IMG/VR virus record: IMGVR_UViG_3300028392_000030
Coordinates: 32,001-96,000 of that record
Length of the DNA stretch: 64,000 nucleotides
Source: a virus
Direction: 5' to 3' (one strand)
Below the pieces are notes generated by a model that was not told the DNA's origin, did not search any database, and worked only from the letters and a program-made list of their open reading frames with translations. Within the stretch, counting starts at the first letter, position 1. Each line of letters starts with the position of its first letter. A program made the translations under genes and the position numbers. This document shows positions 9,176-18,454 of the stretch, piece by piece.

Positions 9176-9930
9176 TGCCTATAACATTACAAGATCGTAT
9201 TACTGATTGGATTCGAGACTATGCTGAACAGGCCGGCATGAAATCCTTAGTTGTAGGTATCAGTGGTGGTATTGATAGTGCTGTAGTCAGCGCACTCTGC
9301 GCTAGAACTGGATTACACACAGTGGCAGTAACTATGCCTATACGTCAACGTCCCGACTTACACGATCTCAGTCTGCAACAAGGTGTTTGGTTGACACAGA
9401 ACTTTGATAATGTGCGCCACGACATTATTGATTTAACTAGTACCTTTGATGAGTTTGAAAGTCGGTTAGCCACTTATCCAAACTTGTTAGGATTGGCCAA
9501 CAGCCGCAGTCGACTACGTATGGTTACCTTGTATCAAATTGCTCAAAGCGTAAGTGGACTTGTGGTAGGCACCGGCAACAAAGTTGAAGATTTTGGTGTA
9601 GGATTTTATACCAAGTATGGTGACGGTGGCGTGGATATTAGTCCTATTGCTGACTGTTACAAAACAGAAGTATGGCAAATGGGACGTGAGCTAGGAGTGC
9701 TAGATGATATTATCAACGCGGCGCCCACAGATGGCTTATGGGATGATGGACGCACTGACGAAGATCAACTGGGCATGAGCTATGCTGATCTTGAGGTTGC
9801 TATGCGTATGGATCTTGGAGAAATTCAATCCACAGAGCCAGAACTTGTGGCTAATCTAGAAAAATTCCGTGCTATACAAGCTCGTAGTTTACACAAAATG
9901 AATCCTATTCCTGTGTTCAAGAAATCTTAA
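9175..9930 (+). CDS. nadE: NH3-dependent NAD synthetase
   Basis: GISGGIDSAV, RSRLRM, GTGNKVE, FYTKYGDGG, PTDGL, TDEDQLG. Confidence 0.92.
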   Translation: MPITLQDRITDWIRDYAEQAGMKSLVVGISGGIDSAVVSALCARTGLHTVAVTMPIRQRPDLHDLSLQQGVWLTQNFDNVRHDIIDLTSTFDEFESRLATYPNLLGLANSRSRLRMVTLYQIAQSVSGLVVGTGNKVEDFGVGFYTKYGDGGVDISPIADCYKTEVWQMGRELGVLDDIINAAPTDGLWDDGRTDEDQLGMSYADLEVAMRMDLGEIQSTEPELVANLEKFRAIQARSLHKMNPIPVFKKS

Positions 9931-9983
9931 TCACTGTTCAAAACACGGATAAATTATTATATCATTTATCTTTAAGGACTTAC

Positions 9984-11225
9984 ATGAAAAAAATTGGATT
10001 TGTAGGAATTGGGAAATTAGGATTAGACTGTGCTGAAGTATTTGCTGAAAAACACGAAGTTCGTGGTTACGACATTCATCCACGTGTTAGCAATACAGTA
10101 AAAGTATGTGACATCAGTGAAGTAGTCAACGAAAGCGAATGGATCTTTATCGCTGTTCCTACTCCACATGCTGAGGGCTATGACGGGTCAGTTCCGTCAA
10201 GTCATATGACTCCTAAAGACTTTGGGCACGATGCAGTTATTGATGCTATTACCAAGGTAAACCAATACGCTACTAGCCCTAAAAAAGTAGTGTTAATTTC
10301 TACAGTATTACCCGGAACCACTCGCAACAAATTTGTTCCGTTATTAGATAAAAAACATCAGTTTGTTTACAATCCTTATTTGATTGCCATGGGGTCAGTC
10401 AAGTGGGACATGGTCAATCCTGAAATGATTATGTTAGGTACCGAAGATGGCAATCTGACCGGAGTTGCTGGTGAACTGCGAGACTTGTATGAAACAATCA
10501 TGCAAAATAATCCACGTTATGAAATTGGCACATGGGATGAATGCGAAGCTATTAAAATTTTCTACAATACATTTATCTCGGCCAAGGTTGGGCTTGTAAA
10601 TATGATTCAAGACTTTGCTATGAAGATTGGTCACATCAATGTTGACGTGGTTACAAATGCTCTAGCACGATCAACTATGCGAATAATGGGTCCTAAATAC
10701 ATGACAGCAGGTATGGGCGATGCTGGTGCTTGTCATCCACGTGATAACATTGCCTTACGTTGGTTAGCGGAAGAATACAACATTGGGTATGACTTGTTTG
10801 ATACAGTGATGCATGCCAGAGAGATACAGGCAAAAAACTTGGCCTTGTTCCTGGTTGATCAAGCGCAACGACTCAGTTTGCCAATTGTAATTCATGGCAA
10901 GGCCTACAAGCCCGATGTTGAATACTGTATCGGCAGTTACTCAACACTGGTAGGTTTCTATATTCGTGAAGCCGGATTACCGGTAGTTTACGTTGATCCA
11001 TTAGCCGACGATCGCACCCATTGCTTGGATACCATTGACGGTCCAGCAGTATTTTTATGGGCACACAATCGTAAGATCACATACGAATATACCGGTAATA
11101 CCCCTGATACACAACCCTATTGTGAAATTCAACCGGGCAGTGTCATAGTCGATCCGTGGCGCAAATTGCCATTTGACATGCCTGGCATTGCTGTGTTACA
11201 CTACGGCAATACCAGAACTCAATAA
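9984..11225 (+). CDS. UDP-glucose/GDP-mannose dehydrogenase family
   Basis: GIGKLG, IAVPTP, STVLPGT, KIFYNTF, GAGACHPRD. Confidence 0.85.
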   Translation: MKKIGFVGIGKLGLDCAEVFAEKHEVRGYDIHPRVSNTVKVCDISEVVNESEWIFIAVPTPHAEGYDGSVPSSHMTPKDFGHDAVIDAITKVNQYATSPKKVVLISTVLPGTTRNKFVPLLDKKHQFVYNPYLIAMGSVKWDMVNPEMIMLGTEDGNLTGVAGELRDLYETIMQNNPRYEIGTWDECEAIKIFYNTFISAKVGLVNMIQDFAMKIGHINVDVVTNALARSTMRIMGPKYMTAGMGDAGACHPRDNIALRWLAEEYNIGYDLFDTVMHAREIQAKNLALFLVDQAQRLSLPIVIHGKAYKPDVEYCIGSYSTLVGFYIREAGLPVVYVDPLADDRTHCLDTIDGPAVFLWAHNRKITYEYTGNTPDTQPYCEIQPGSVIVDPWRKLPFDMPGIAVLHYGNTRTQ

Positions 11226-11233
11226 GGAACCCA

Positions 11234-11626
11234 ATGGGACTATTTGATCGCTTTAAAAAGAAGCCAGATGCGGTTGCGCCCAAACCTGAGGCTAAGCCCA
11301 AGAAGGCAGAAAAAACTGCTAAAGAGTTGGCCACAGAAAAAGGCGAGCCTTATGTAACTATCCTCAGCATGGAAGTTGATCCTGAGAATATGCAAAATGG
11401 TGCTTTTGAACTTGATTGGAATGACAAGTTTGTGGCCAATCTTGTTCGTGCCGGTTATCGAATGAATCCCAAAGATACCGATTCGGACATTGTGGACCGT
11501 TGGTTCACTGCGGTATGTCGCAATATTGTGTTGGAGACATATGAGCAATACAAAGCCATGGACCCGGAACGTGATCGCGTAGTTAAATCACGTAACATTG
11601 GTGACGGAAGGTCAGAAGTGTCATGA
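11234..11626 (+). CDS. Hypothetical phage protein
   Basis: ORF track with AAGGAA SD. Confidence 0.7.
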   Translation: MGLFDRFKKKPDAVAPKPEAKPKKAEKTAKELATEKGEPYVTILSMEVDPENMQNGAFELDWNDKFVANLVRAGYRMNPKDTDSDIVDRWFTAVCRNIVLETYEQYKAMDPERDRVVKSRNIGDGRSEVS

Positions 11627-12273
11627 TCCTAGCTATTGGCGACAGTAATTTATATCCGGCCTGCACCGAGTCAGAGCAACCAGTGGACCTTGATAATATG
11701 ATTGTGGTGTTTAGTCGGCAGTTTGCTGAATCATTCAGTTGCTGGGCTAAAAATGGTGCCAGCAACTATTGGATTGAAAACCATATAGATTATTTCTTGG
11801 CTGACGAAAGATGGGAACCCAACACAATGTTGTTCATCGGCTGGACCAGTTTTGAACGAGAAGAATGGCCTTGGTTGTATAACAATATTAGCGTTTGTGG
11901 TGGCCCAGACTTTGGTATGCCAGAACCAATGAAGGCTCGATTCAACCAATGGAAAACAACATTAACCGGCGACTACTATCGTAAAATGACACAGTTGTGG
12001 CATGACAGAATTCATGCCATGCATTTAAAATTGCGTGAGCGTGGCGTACCACACCTGTTTTGGACTACCTATAACAACTTCGACACCATCGCTAATCATC
12101 AAGATTGGCACGGGAGTTTTTATAAACCTTACGATGCCAACGGGTGCATGGCCAAATGGTTCGAATCAAACAATATCTTAGCCAATGCCGGTGACCCATT
12201 TCACTATGGTTCTGCTGCTCAAGCAGCCTGGGGCACTGAATTAAGTCTCCATGCTCGAAAATTCGTTCTATGA
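11623..12273 (+). CDS. SGNH/GDSL-like protein
   Basis: ILAIGDS, GASNYWI, DPFHYG. Confidence 0.6.
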   Translation: MILAIGDSNLYPACTESEQPVDLDNMIVVFSRQFAESFSCWAKNGASNYWIENHIDYFLADERWEPNTMLFIGWTSFEREEWPWLYNNISVCGGPDFGMPEPMKARFNQWKTTLTGDYYRKMTQLWHDRIHAMHLKLRERGVPHLFWTTYNNFDTIANHQDWHGSFYKPYDANGCMAKWFESNNILANAGDPFHYGSAAQAAWGTELSLHARKFVL

Positions 12274-12974
12274 TTTTGTATGTCAACGGTGACAGTCATA
12301 CTGCTGGCGCCGAAGCGGTAAATGCTCATGCATTTGCTGAAGACGATCCCAAATTATATTACCTAGGGCGTCTACCGCATCCAGAAAATCTTCAAGTCAC
12401 TTGGGGTAAACTATTAAGTCTTGCGCTTAATGCTGGATTTCAATGCGAAGCAGAAAGTGCCAGTAGCAATGCTAGAATACTAAGAACTACCCGTGCTTGG
12501 CTTGCAGAACAAAAAAATAACCTACAAAATATGTTAGTTGTTATTCAATGGTCAACCTGGGAACGAGAAGAATGGTTGTATGATGGCATTTATTATCAAG
12601 TTAACGGCAGTGGTATTGATCAAGTTCCGTCCGAAGCTGCTGAACGGTATCGCAACTATGTTGTCGGGCTCGATTGGCGACAAAAAACACAAACCGCACA
12701 CGATGAAATTTGGATGTTTCATCAAGAACTTGTGTCTCAAGATATTCCTCATATTTTCTTCAACGGTAATAGTGATTTTTCATCCATCCAAGATCAAAAG
12801 GATTGGGGCGTTAATTATATTGGACCTTATGATCCAGCCAGCACATATCATGCTCAATTACAGGCTGCAGCAATCGAAACAGTCATGCCCGATTCATATC
12901 ATTATGGACGGGATGGACATGCATGGTGGTTCAAACACCTGCTCAAATACATAATGTCCAATCAGTTTGTATGA
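12270..12974 (+). CDS. SGNH/GDSL-like protein
   Basis: YVNGDSHTAG, SSNARILR, SYHYG..GH. Confidence 0.65.
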   Translation: MILYVNGDSHTAGAEAVNAHAFAEDDPKLYYLGRLPHPENLQVTWGKLLSLALNAGFQCEAESASSNARILRTTRAWLAEQKNNLQNMLVVIQWSTWEREEWLYDGIYYQVNGSGIDQVPSEAAERYRNYVVGLDWRQKTQTAHDEIWMFHQELVSQDIPHIFFNGNSDFSSIQDQKDWGVNYIGPYDPASTYHAQLQAAAIETVMPDSYHYGRDGHAWWFKHLLKYIMSNQFV

Positions 12975-13729
12975 TATTCAAAACAAGAAATATTCCAAAA
13001 CAAGTCAGCACAGTTTATAATTTTGGAATTAAAAAATTGATTGTAAGTGGTTGCAGTTACACTTACAATCAACTTGAAAATGTCGCAGACACTTGGCCGT
13101 ATTATCTAAGAGACCTTGGTGGATTTGAACAAGTTTTGGACAGCTCTTTGCCGGGCGCTGGCAACAGTCATATTTCAAATTCATTGATTTGGGGGTTAGA
13201 AATAGATCAACCAGATCCGGCCACAAGTCTGGTAATAGTAATGTGGTCTGGACACGACAGAGATGATTATATAGTGCCCAAGGACTATATCAACGAACAT
13301 TCATATCAATTTTATTATACTCAAAGCGTGATGTCGGCTATCAACAAGGCAGCTGACAATCACAGTGTTCAAGAAGAATTAAAGACGTTTGCTTTGGCAA
13401 AAAACAATGAATCTAGAGCTGTAGAGAGTTATCTTAACATGGTTAAAACCTACCAGTATCTAAAATCATTGAATTATAGGTTTTTATTTTTAAACTTTAT
13501 AGACACAAAAAATCCAGTGGGCGGTACAAATTCTTTTGAAATTAGAAAATATTTGCCAGAATCAGCACAGCAAAAATACAATTCAATGATCACTGATATC
13601 ATGGATCCTTATCATTTTTCGGTCAGATACAATCTATTGTCCGACGACAATTTTCATCCTAATGAATACGGGCAGTTACGGTGGACCAGATCGGTATTGA
13701 TGCCATATTTACAAACCGTAATTGTTTGA
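12971..13729 (+). CDS. SGNH/GDSL-like protein
   Basis: LIVSGCSYT, GAGNSHI, DNFHPN. Confidence 0.6.
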   Translation: MIFKTRNIPKQVSTVYNFGIKKLIVSGCSYTYNQLENVADTWPYYLRDLGGFEQVLDSSLPGAGNSHISNSLIWGLEIDQPDPATSLVIVMWSGHDRDDYIVPKDYINEHSYQFYYTQSVMSAINKAADNHSVQEELKTFALAKNNESRAVESYLNMVKTYQYLKSLNYRFLFLNFIDTKNPVGGTNSFEIRKYLPESAQQKYNSMITDIMDPYHFSVRYNLLSDDNFHPNEYGQLRWTRSVLMPYLQTVIV

Positions 13730-13754
13730 CAACTTAGTCAATATCTGCTATACT
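13726..13754 (+). promoter_or_regulatory. Sigma70-type promoter (leaderless)
   Basis: TTGACA-N17-TATACT, 6 nt, ATG at 13761. Confidence 0.75.
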
Positions 13755-13760
13755 AGCAGT

Positions 13761-14771
13761 ATGAAATATGTTCTTATTGATACAGCTAATATGTTCTTTC
13801 GTGCCAGGCACGGTGCTTTTCGTGCCAGTGACACGTGGGAGAAAATTGGATTTGCCCTCCATGTGACCCTGATGAGTGCCAACAAAGTAGCCCGGCGCTT
13901 TGAAGCAGATCACGTGGTTTTTGCCCTAGAAGGGCGCAGCTGGCGTAAGGACTACTACAAACCCTACAAAAATAACCGTGCAGTGGCCCGTGCTGCCTTA
14001 ACCGAAGCCCAAGCAGACGAAGACAAGATGTTTTGGGAAACTTATGATAGTTTGACTAAATACCTGGCTGAGAGGACCAATTGCTCAGTGATTAGATGTC
14101 CTACAGCAGAAGGCGACGATATTATTGCTCGCTGGATTGCACTACACCCCCAAGACGAACATATTGTTATCAGTAGCGATACAGATTTTGTTCAATTAGT
14201 AGCACCCAATGTCACGCAATACAACGGTATCACCGACGAACTAATTACCACGGAAGGAATCTTTGATGCTAAAGGTAAAGCGGTCATTGATAAAAAAACT
14301 AAAGAAGCGAAAACAATACCCAATCCGGAGTGGTTACTGTTTGAAAAGTGTATGCGAGGCGACAGCTCAGACAATGTGTTTTCAGCTTATCCGGGTGTTC
14401 GAACTAAAGGAACAAAAAATAAAGTTGGTCTCCAAGAGGCATTTGAAGATCGTAAAACTCGCGGATATAATTGGAACAACATGATGCTGCAACGCTGGAT
14501 CGATCCAGATGGTGTAGAACACAGAGTGTTGGATGATTACGAACGCAACCGAGAACTGATCGACTTGACAGCACAGCCCGAAGAGATCAAAGCCACCGTG
14601 GATGCAGCCATATGTGAACAGATCAGTCACAAAGACATCGGCCAGGTGGGTGTGCGTTTCATGCAGTTCTGTGGCAAGTATGAATTAAACAAGTGCAGTG
14701 AAAGTGCCGACAGTTTCGGCCGTTGGATGAACGAAACATACAAAGGAGTGTTAAATGACATTAATAGCTAA
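13761..14771 (+). CDS. rnh: T4-type RNase H / 5'-3' exonuclease
   Basis: LIDTAN, SWRK, EGDD, ISSDTDF.QL, GDSSDNV. Confidence 0.85.
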   Translation: MKYVLIDTANMFFRARHGAFRASDTWEKIGFALHVTLMSANKVARRFEADHVVFALEGRSWRKDYYKPYKNNRAVARAALTEAQADEDKMFWETYDSLTKYLAERTNCSVIRCPTAEGDDIIARWIALHPQDEHIVISSDTDFVQLVAPNVTQYNGITDELITTEGIFDAKGKAVIDKKTKEAKTIPNPEWLLFEKCMRGDSSDNVFSAYPGVRTKGTKNKVGLQEAFEDRKTRGYNWNNMMLQRWIDPDGVEHRVLDDYERNRELIDLTAQPEEIKATVDAAICEQISHKDIGQVGVRFMQFCGKYELNKCSESADSFGRWMNETYKGVLNDINS

Positions 14772-15213
14772 ACCTGTAGTAGACAAGCAGTTCTGGATCT
14801 TGCAAGAGAACAATCAAAAGGTCGGCAACATTGAAGCCTGTGCTGGCGGTTTCCAAGTAAAGATCAACAATCAAATCGCTCAATACAAAACTATAAAATT
14901 GGCGGCTCGCAATGCCAATATCAAATTCGAACCGGCAATAAAGATTACCCGTCCCAAGACCACCGTGGATCATGTGCATGGATATCCAGTGTCGGGCCGT
15001 GTGTGCAACCCCATGTGGGATGTCAGTCAACAGTTGCCGGTTTATACCAAGACAAACAAGAGCAAAAGTTGGTTTAGTGCCGGATGGTACAATGTTCGTA
15101 AAGGTCGCAATTGGCGCACAGTGCTGGCACCCAAGTTGATTGTGTTGCAACGCTATCCATACCAAGGTCCCTACTACTCAGAACAACAAGCTCATGACAA
15201 TTCATCTCAGTAA
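14755..15213 (+). CDS. Hypothetical phage protein
   Basis: ORF track; AGGAG SD. Confidence 0.7.
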   Translation: MTLIAKPVVDKQFWILQENNQKVGNIEACAGGFQVKINNQIAQYKTIKLAARNANIKFEPAIKITRPKTTVDHVHGYPVSGRVCNPMWDVSQQLPVYTKTNKSKSWFSAGWYNVRKGRNWRTVLAPKLIVLQRYPYQGPYYSEQQAHDNSSQ

Positions 15214-15409
15214 GTTTATTGAACGTGTGCAAGGCCAACAGGCTCGAGGCGCTCGAGACTTTATCATGAGCTTGAAAGATGCACAAGATCTACATGCCGA
15301 TATCACTAGACTATTGTTAGAACTTCAGGCTTTACGTGAACATGCAGTAGCAACCCTACAAAAAGACACAGAAACAATCACGGTAAAAATGGATGGTGGA
15401 ACATTCTAA
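15194..15409 (+). CDS. Hypothetical protein
   Basis: Start moved to MTIHLSKF. Confidence 0.65.
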   Translation: MTIHLSKFIERVQGQQARGARDFIMSLKDAQDLHADITRLLLELQALREHAVATLQKDTETITVKMDGGTF

Positions 15410-15454
15410 AACTACCTATATTTCTAGATAAATAAAATATAGGAGTTTAATGAT

Positions 15455-15742
15455 ATGAGTCGTCCAAAACCCAATGTATTGATCGAGCACACTAACAAGC
15501 TCACTTACAAGAGTGAACAGGTTTTGTCCTCGGAGGGCGTATGGGCAGTGTTCTATGATGCCAAGCCGATTAATCTCAAAACATCAAACCTATTGGTTCA
15601 ATATCCAGGTCCAAAATACAAAAAGGTTTCATTCTCAAATCCGGGCCATGCCAAGAACCTGGCAAAAAAATTAAACACACAATTTAAAACCGAAAAGTTC
15701 ACAGTGGTGTTGTTGACCGCAGGCAATCAAATTTATCCTTGA
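15455..15742 (+). CDS. Hypothetical phage protein
   Basis: ORF track; TAAATA motif and AGGAG upstream. Confidence 0.75.
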   Translation: MSRPKPNVLIEHTNKLTYKSEQVLSSEGVWAVFYDAKPINLKTSNLLVQYPGPKYKKVSFSNPGHAKNLAKKLNTQFKTEKFTVVLLTAGNQIYP

Positions 15743-15743
15743 T

Positions 15744-16115
15744 GTGCGCGACAAACGTAAACTCACAGAAGAACTAATTGCACTGCTGCCTGAGGAAGAC
15801 CGTATTGGTTTAAAATTTGCCATGAGTGCTTGGTGGTTTAATTTACGCCGTAATGGTGGCATGAGATTGACCAGTGTAGGTTATTCGGCATTGGCCGACA
15901 TGCTTGATCTAGAACACCACGCATACAGCATTGATGATCCATACACGTTTGACAAACACCTTATACTAAAATTAGATCGTAAAATGCAAATGCCTTATTA
16001 TATTCATGCAGTCAAAGGCATACCTAAACGGATCGTATTTTTTGGTGGCCGAGAAGCAGTTATGGTAAATCTATACGGAAATTTACAACAATTTCTTGAC
16101 AACTACGAGCCCTAG
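15744..16115 (+). CDS. Hypothetical protein
   Basis: ORF track. Confidence 0.65.
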   Translation: MRDKRKLTEELIALLPEEDRIGLKFAMSAWWFNLRRNGGMRLTSVGYSALADMLDLEHHAYSIDDPYTFDKHLILKLDRKMQMPYYIHAVKGIPKRIVFFGGREAVMVNLYGNLQQFLDNYEP

Positions 16116-16124
16116 TGTTATACT
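16096..16124 (+). promoter_or_regulatory. Sigma70-type promoter for tRNA-Ile2
   Basis: TTGACA-N17-TATACT just upstream of the tRNA. Confidence 0.75.
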
Positions 16125-16132
16125 GTATTACA

Positions 16133-16207
16133 GGGCCAGTAGCTTAATGGTAAAGCAACCGACTCATAATCGGTCGAGTCTTGGTTCAATTCCAAGCTGG
16201 CCCACCA
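16133..16207 (+). tRNA. tRNA with CAT anticodon, most likely Ile2 (lysidine type)
   Basis: Cloverleaf GGGCCAG/CTGGCCC; anticodon arm ACCGA-CTCATAA-TCGGT resembles the bacterial Ile2 CGACTCATAATCG arm; encoded CCA. Confidence 0.85.
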
Positions 16208-16313
16208 AACATGCTAAATAACATGATCGTACGAGGCAATCTCGAGGTTGACAGCAAGGTTGTAAAAGGTTACAATTAGCACTCATGTTTAATTTAAAAG
16301 GAAGCAGTATATT

Positions 16314-16517
16314 ATGGTAGTAGGTAAAGTAAAATGGTTTAATGACGCAAAAGGTTTCGGATTCATTACACCAGATGACGGGGGTGAGGATGTATTTGCA
16401 CATTTTTCAGCAATCAATATTAATGGATTCAAAACATTAAAAGAAAACCAAGTGGTAAAATTTGACTTGGTTCAGGGCCCAAAAGGCAAGCAGGCATCAA
16501 ATATTATGCCTGCTTAA
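16314..16517 (+). CDS. csp: Cold-shock protein
   Basis: [32 protein letters not shown]. Confidence 0.95.
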   Translation: MVVGKVKWFNDAKGFGFITPDDGGEDVFAHFSAININGFKTLKENQVVKFDLVQGPKGKQASNIMPA

Positions 16518-16555
16518 TAAATGATAAATAATAGACACAAAAAAGGAGTTTTGTT

Positions 16556-16840
16556 ATGGCATGTGTAGCATCAGCAACATTTCTTGCGTTTGCTCGAACC
16601 AAAGTGGTTTTTGATCGAGAGTTAACTGAAGAAGAAGAAGTTTTGATAAAAATCAAATTGAAAAATACCCTTTGGGATGGATCAACCTGTATGGTCACTG
16701 ATCGTCAAGTTGATGCCAGTCACTACACCCCAACGACCATGTGGTCTCATTTGTCTGATGCGGAAGAATACATATCAATTGTGAATGGATTTAATCCGCC
16801 GCCAACAAGTGTAAGTTTAGAAGACATGAGTTACAAATGA
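16556..16840 (+). CDS. Hypothetical protein (paralog of 16873..17139)
   Basis: Shared R.LT..E..L and W....A.E.....N.F.PPP.S. Confidence 0.6.
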   Translation: MACVASATFLAFARTKVVFDRELTEEEEVLIKIKLKNTLWDGSTCMVTDRQVDASHYTPTTMWSHLSDAEEYISIVNGFNPPPTSVSLEDMSYK

Positions 16841-16872
16841 GTTACAAGTTAAAATAATCAAAGGAGTTTTAT

Positions 16873-17139
16873 ATGTCAAAAGTCGATACTACTTTTCTCT
16901 TTCCTGCTACGGCAGAAAGCGTAATTACATGGGGCAGATCATTGACTGATACTGAATCAGCATTAGTCCAGTCCAAAAAAGGTGCAATGTTTGCGGCTGG
17001 AAATTTTGGGTCTTTTCCAGCCACAGTCAATGGCGTCAGCACATTTGCATGGGTGTCGTCGGATGCAGCGAACGAATTTGTAGCATTTTGCAATACGTTC
17101 ACTCCGCCGCCGGAATCGGCCGTAGTTAATAGTCTGTAA
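16873..17139 (+). CDS. Hypothetical protein (paralog of 16556..16840)
   Basis: AAGGAG SD; shared motifs with the upstream ORF. Confidence 0.65.
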   Translation: MSKVDTTFLFPATAESVITWGRSLTDTESALVQSKKGAMFAAGNFGSFPATVNGVSTFAWVSSDAANEFVAFCNTFTPPPESAVVNSL

Positions 17140-17140
17140 A

Positions 17141-17214
17141 GAATTGTTGTAATCCCTTCCGAGTGAAGGCATTCTGGACGGGGGTGTTAGACCCTGCGGA
17201 CCATAAATCCACCA
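17141..17214 (+). pseudogene. Disrupted relic of a permuted-tmRNA acceptor piece
   Basis: ATTGTTGTAA...TTCTGGACGGGGGT parallels ATTGCTGTAA...TTCTGGACCCGGGT at 18131-18186; the TTCGA T-loop is replaced by the end of the HNH ORF. Confidence 0.6.
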
Positions 17215-17663
17215 TTGGTTACACTACCTCTCAAACAAGCATTTCCAAAGTTGTTAGGATTATAGCCTCGGTCTACACACCACTGGCGTAATCCTTCAAC
17301 TGTTTCCACAGTCCCATCTGGGTGAGTTATTTCGTATAGTTTGCCCTGCCAAGTTTTGCCTCTATTGGCACATACTACTTTCATCTTCTTACTGGCTAAT
17401 TCTCGTTGTATCGGATCCTTCCAACGAAGGTTAGACCTTGCGGCACCTTTTCTACCACCTTCGATCATTGACTGTTTGGCAGCATCAAAGTTAGCATCAA
17501 GTTTGCTTAATCCTTGCCAGGCAACATAATCTTGCCAGTTACCGTGTTGTTCGTATAACAAACGATGTGCTTCAGCATGTTGGTCTACAGTGAGATCAAC
17601 AAGATTACTTGGATCATCTGTGCCTCCTAAATATTTTGGGACAATGTGGTGTTTGTGTAGCAT
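17187..17663 (-). CDS. Free-standing HNH homing endonuclease
   Basis: HKHHIVPKYLGGTDDPSNLVDLTVDQHAEAH; C-terminal ITHPDG..GLRQWC DNA-binding-like module; TAAATA upstream on the minus strand. Confidence 0.85.
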   Translation of the reverse strand: MLHKHHIVPKYLGGTDDPSNLVDLTVDQHAEAHRLLYEQHGNWQDYVAWQGLSKLDANFDAAKQSMIEGGRKGAARSNLRWKDPIQRELASKKMKVVCANRGKTWQGKLYEITHPDGTVETVEGLRQWCVDRGYNPNNFGNACLRGSVTNGGFMVRRV

Positions 17664-17694
17664 AATATTATTTAGTCGAAACCACAGTAAATGG

Positions 17695-17723
17695 TTGACA
17701 AGATTCGACAACTATGCTATACT
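17695..17723 (+). promoter_or_regulatory. Sigma70-type promoter
   Basis: TTGACA-N17-TATACT. Confidence 0.7.
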
Positions 17724-17798
17724 GTTAGCATATTGATATTATTTCGATATATTTTTAATCCGCCCTTACTGCTAGGGTATTAACCAAAGGAAATTATT

Positions 17799-18122
17799 AT
17801 GGCAAGAAAACACCTATATACTTGGAACAATGGCGAAGACAAAGAGCTGTTTGAGTCTTTGAAACTGATATTAGGGCCCGTGAAAAATTGGAAAGGACAA
17901 ACTTATAAAAGAACTCTTTCGTTTTTAGCGGAAACCAAATATGGAAATTCTAACACAGACATTGGAGCACTTGAAATGAGAGTTGCTTTCTTAACTAGTA
18001 AACAAAAGGCATCTTATTATAGAACTCGTGGCAGAGAAAATGTATTCAAACAAGTTGTAGTTGGTGCTGTGGCGTCGGGTGTAGCAAGTTATAAGGACCT
18101 AGCGCCAAGATTAAATGGGTAA
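17799..18122 (+). CDS. Hypothetical protein
   Basis: ORF track; AAGGA SD. Confidence 0.65.
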   Translation: MARKHLYTWNNGEDKELFESLKLILGPVKNWKGQTYKRTLSFLAETKYGNSNTDIGALEMRVAFLTSKQKASYYRTRGRENVFKQVVVGAVASGVASYKDLAPRLNG

Positions 18123-18127
18123 ATAAA

Positions 18128-18452
18128 AGTATTGCTGTAAAGCCCGTAAGGGAAGAAGCAAAGAGAAAAGTGTTCTGGACCCGGGTTCGACTCCCGGCAT
18201 CTCCACCTAAGTGTATGGGGTATATTTAGGTGGGGATGACTTGGTTTTCGACAGGGCAAAGAGTAACAGAGTGGACAGCACGGTAGGCGATGACCGTAAA
18301 TCAAGCAAATCAAGTAAATGCAAAAGCATCTACAGGCGAAGTAACTGTTTCTGGTAAGAACGTCAAGTTCTCTGCTCGCACAGTGAAAGCCGAATCTTTC
18401 GCAGTTTAATCGCCGCGATAGGGCAGGAAATGCCTCGTAACAGAAACTACCA
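18128..18452 (+). ncRNA. ssrA: Circularly permuted (two-piece) tmRNA
   Basis: T-arm CCGGG-TTCGACT-CCCGG and acceptor strand CATCTCC-A (18198-18205) precede GGGGATG (18232-38), giving G3:U70; intervening hairpin 18205-18231; GAC..GGTTTTCGACAGGG D-loop mimic; tag ORF; boundaries approximate. Confidence 0.9.
18320..18409 (+). other. tmRNA tag reading frame AKASTGEVTVSGKNVKFSARTVKAESFAV*
   Basis: Resume GCA follows TAAAT, as in typical tmRNAs; open for 29 codons to TAA. Confidence 0.75.
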
Positions 18453-18454
18453 GA

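Noticed and set aside
9175-9930. QueC call based on SGGIDS next to queE
   Set aside because: NadE-specific motifs are present (GTGNK.E, FYTKYGDG, PTDGL) and the QueC Cys cluster is absent
16133-16207. Elongator tRNA-Met call
   Set aside because: The anticodon arm resembles the Ile2 type; left as probable Ile2 pending an isotype-specific model and a tilS search
17187-17663. Group I intron in tmRNA carrying the HNH
   Set aside because: The HNH is antisense, no P7 or other intron core was recognised, and joining the flanks would duplicate the acceptor piece rather than restore one
18089-18313. 74-aa minus-strand ORF
   Set aside because: Antisense to the tmRNA core
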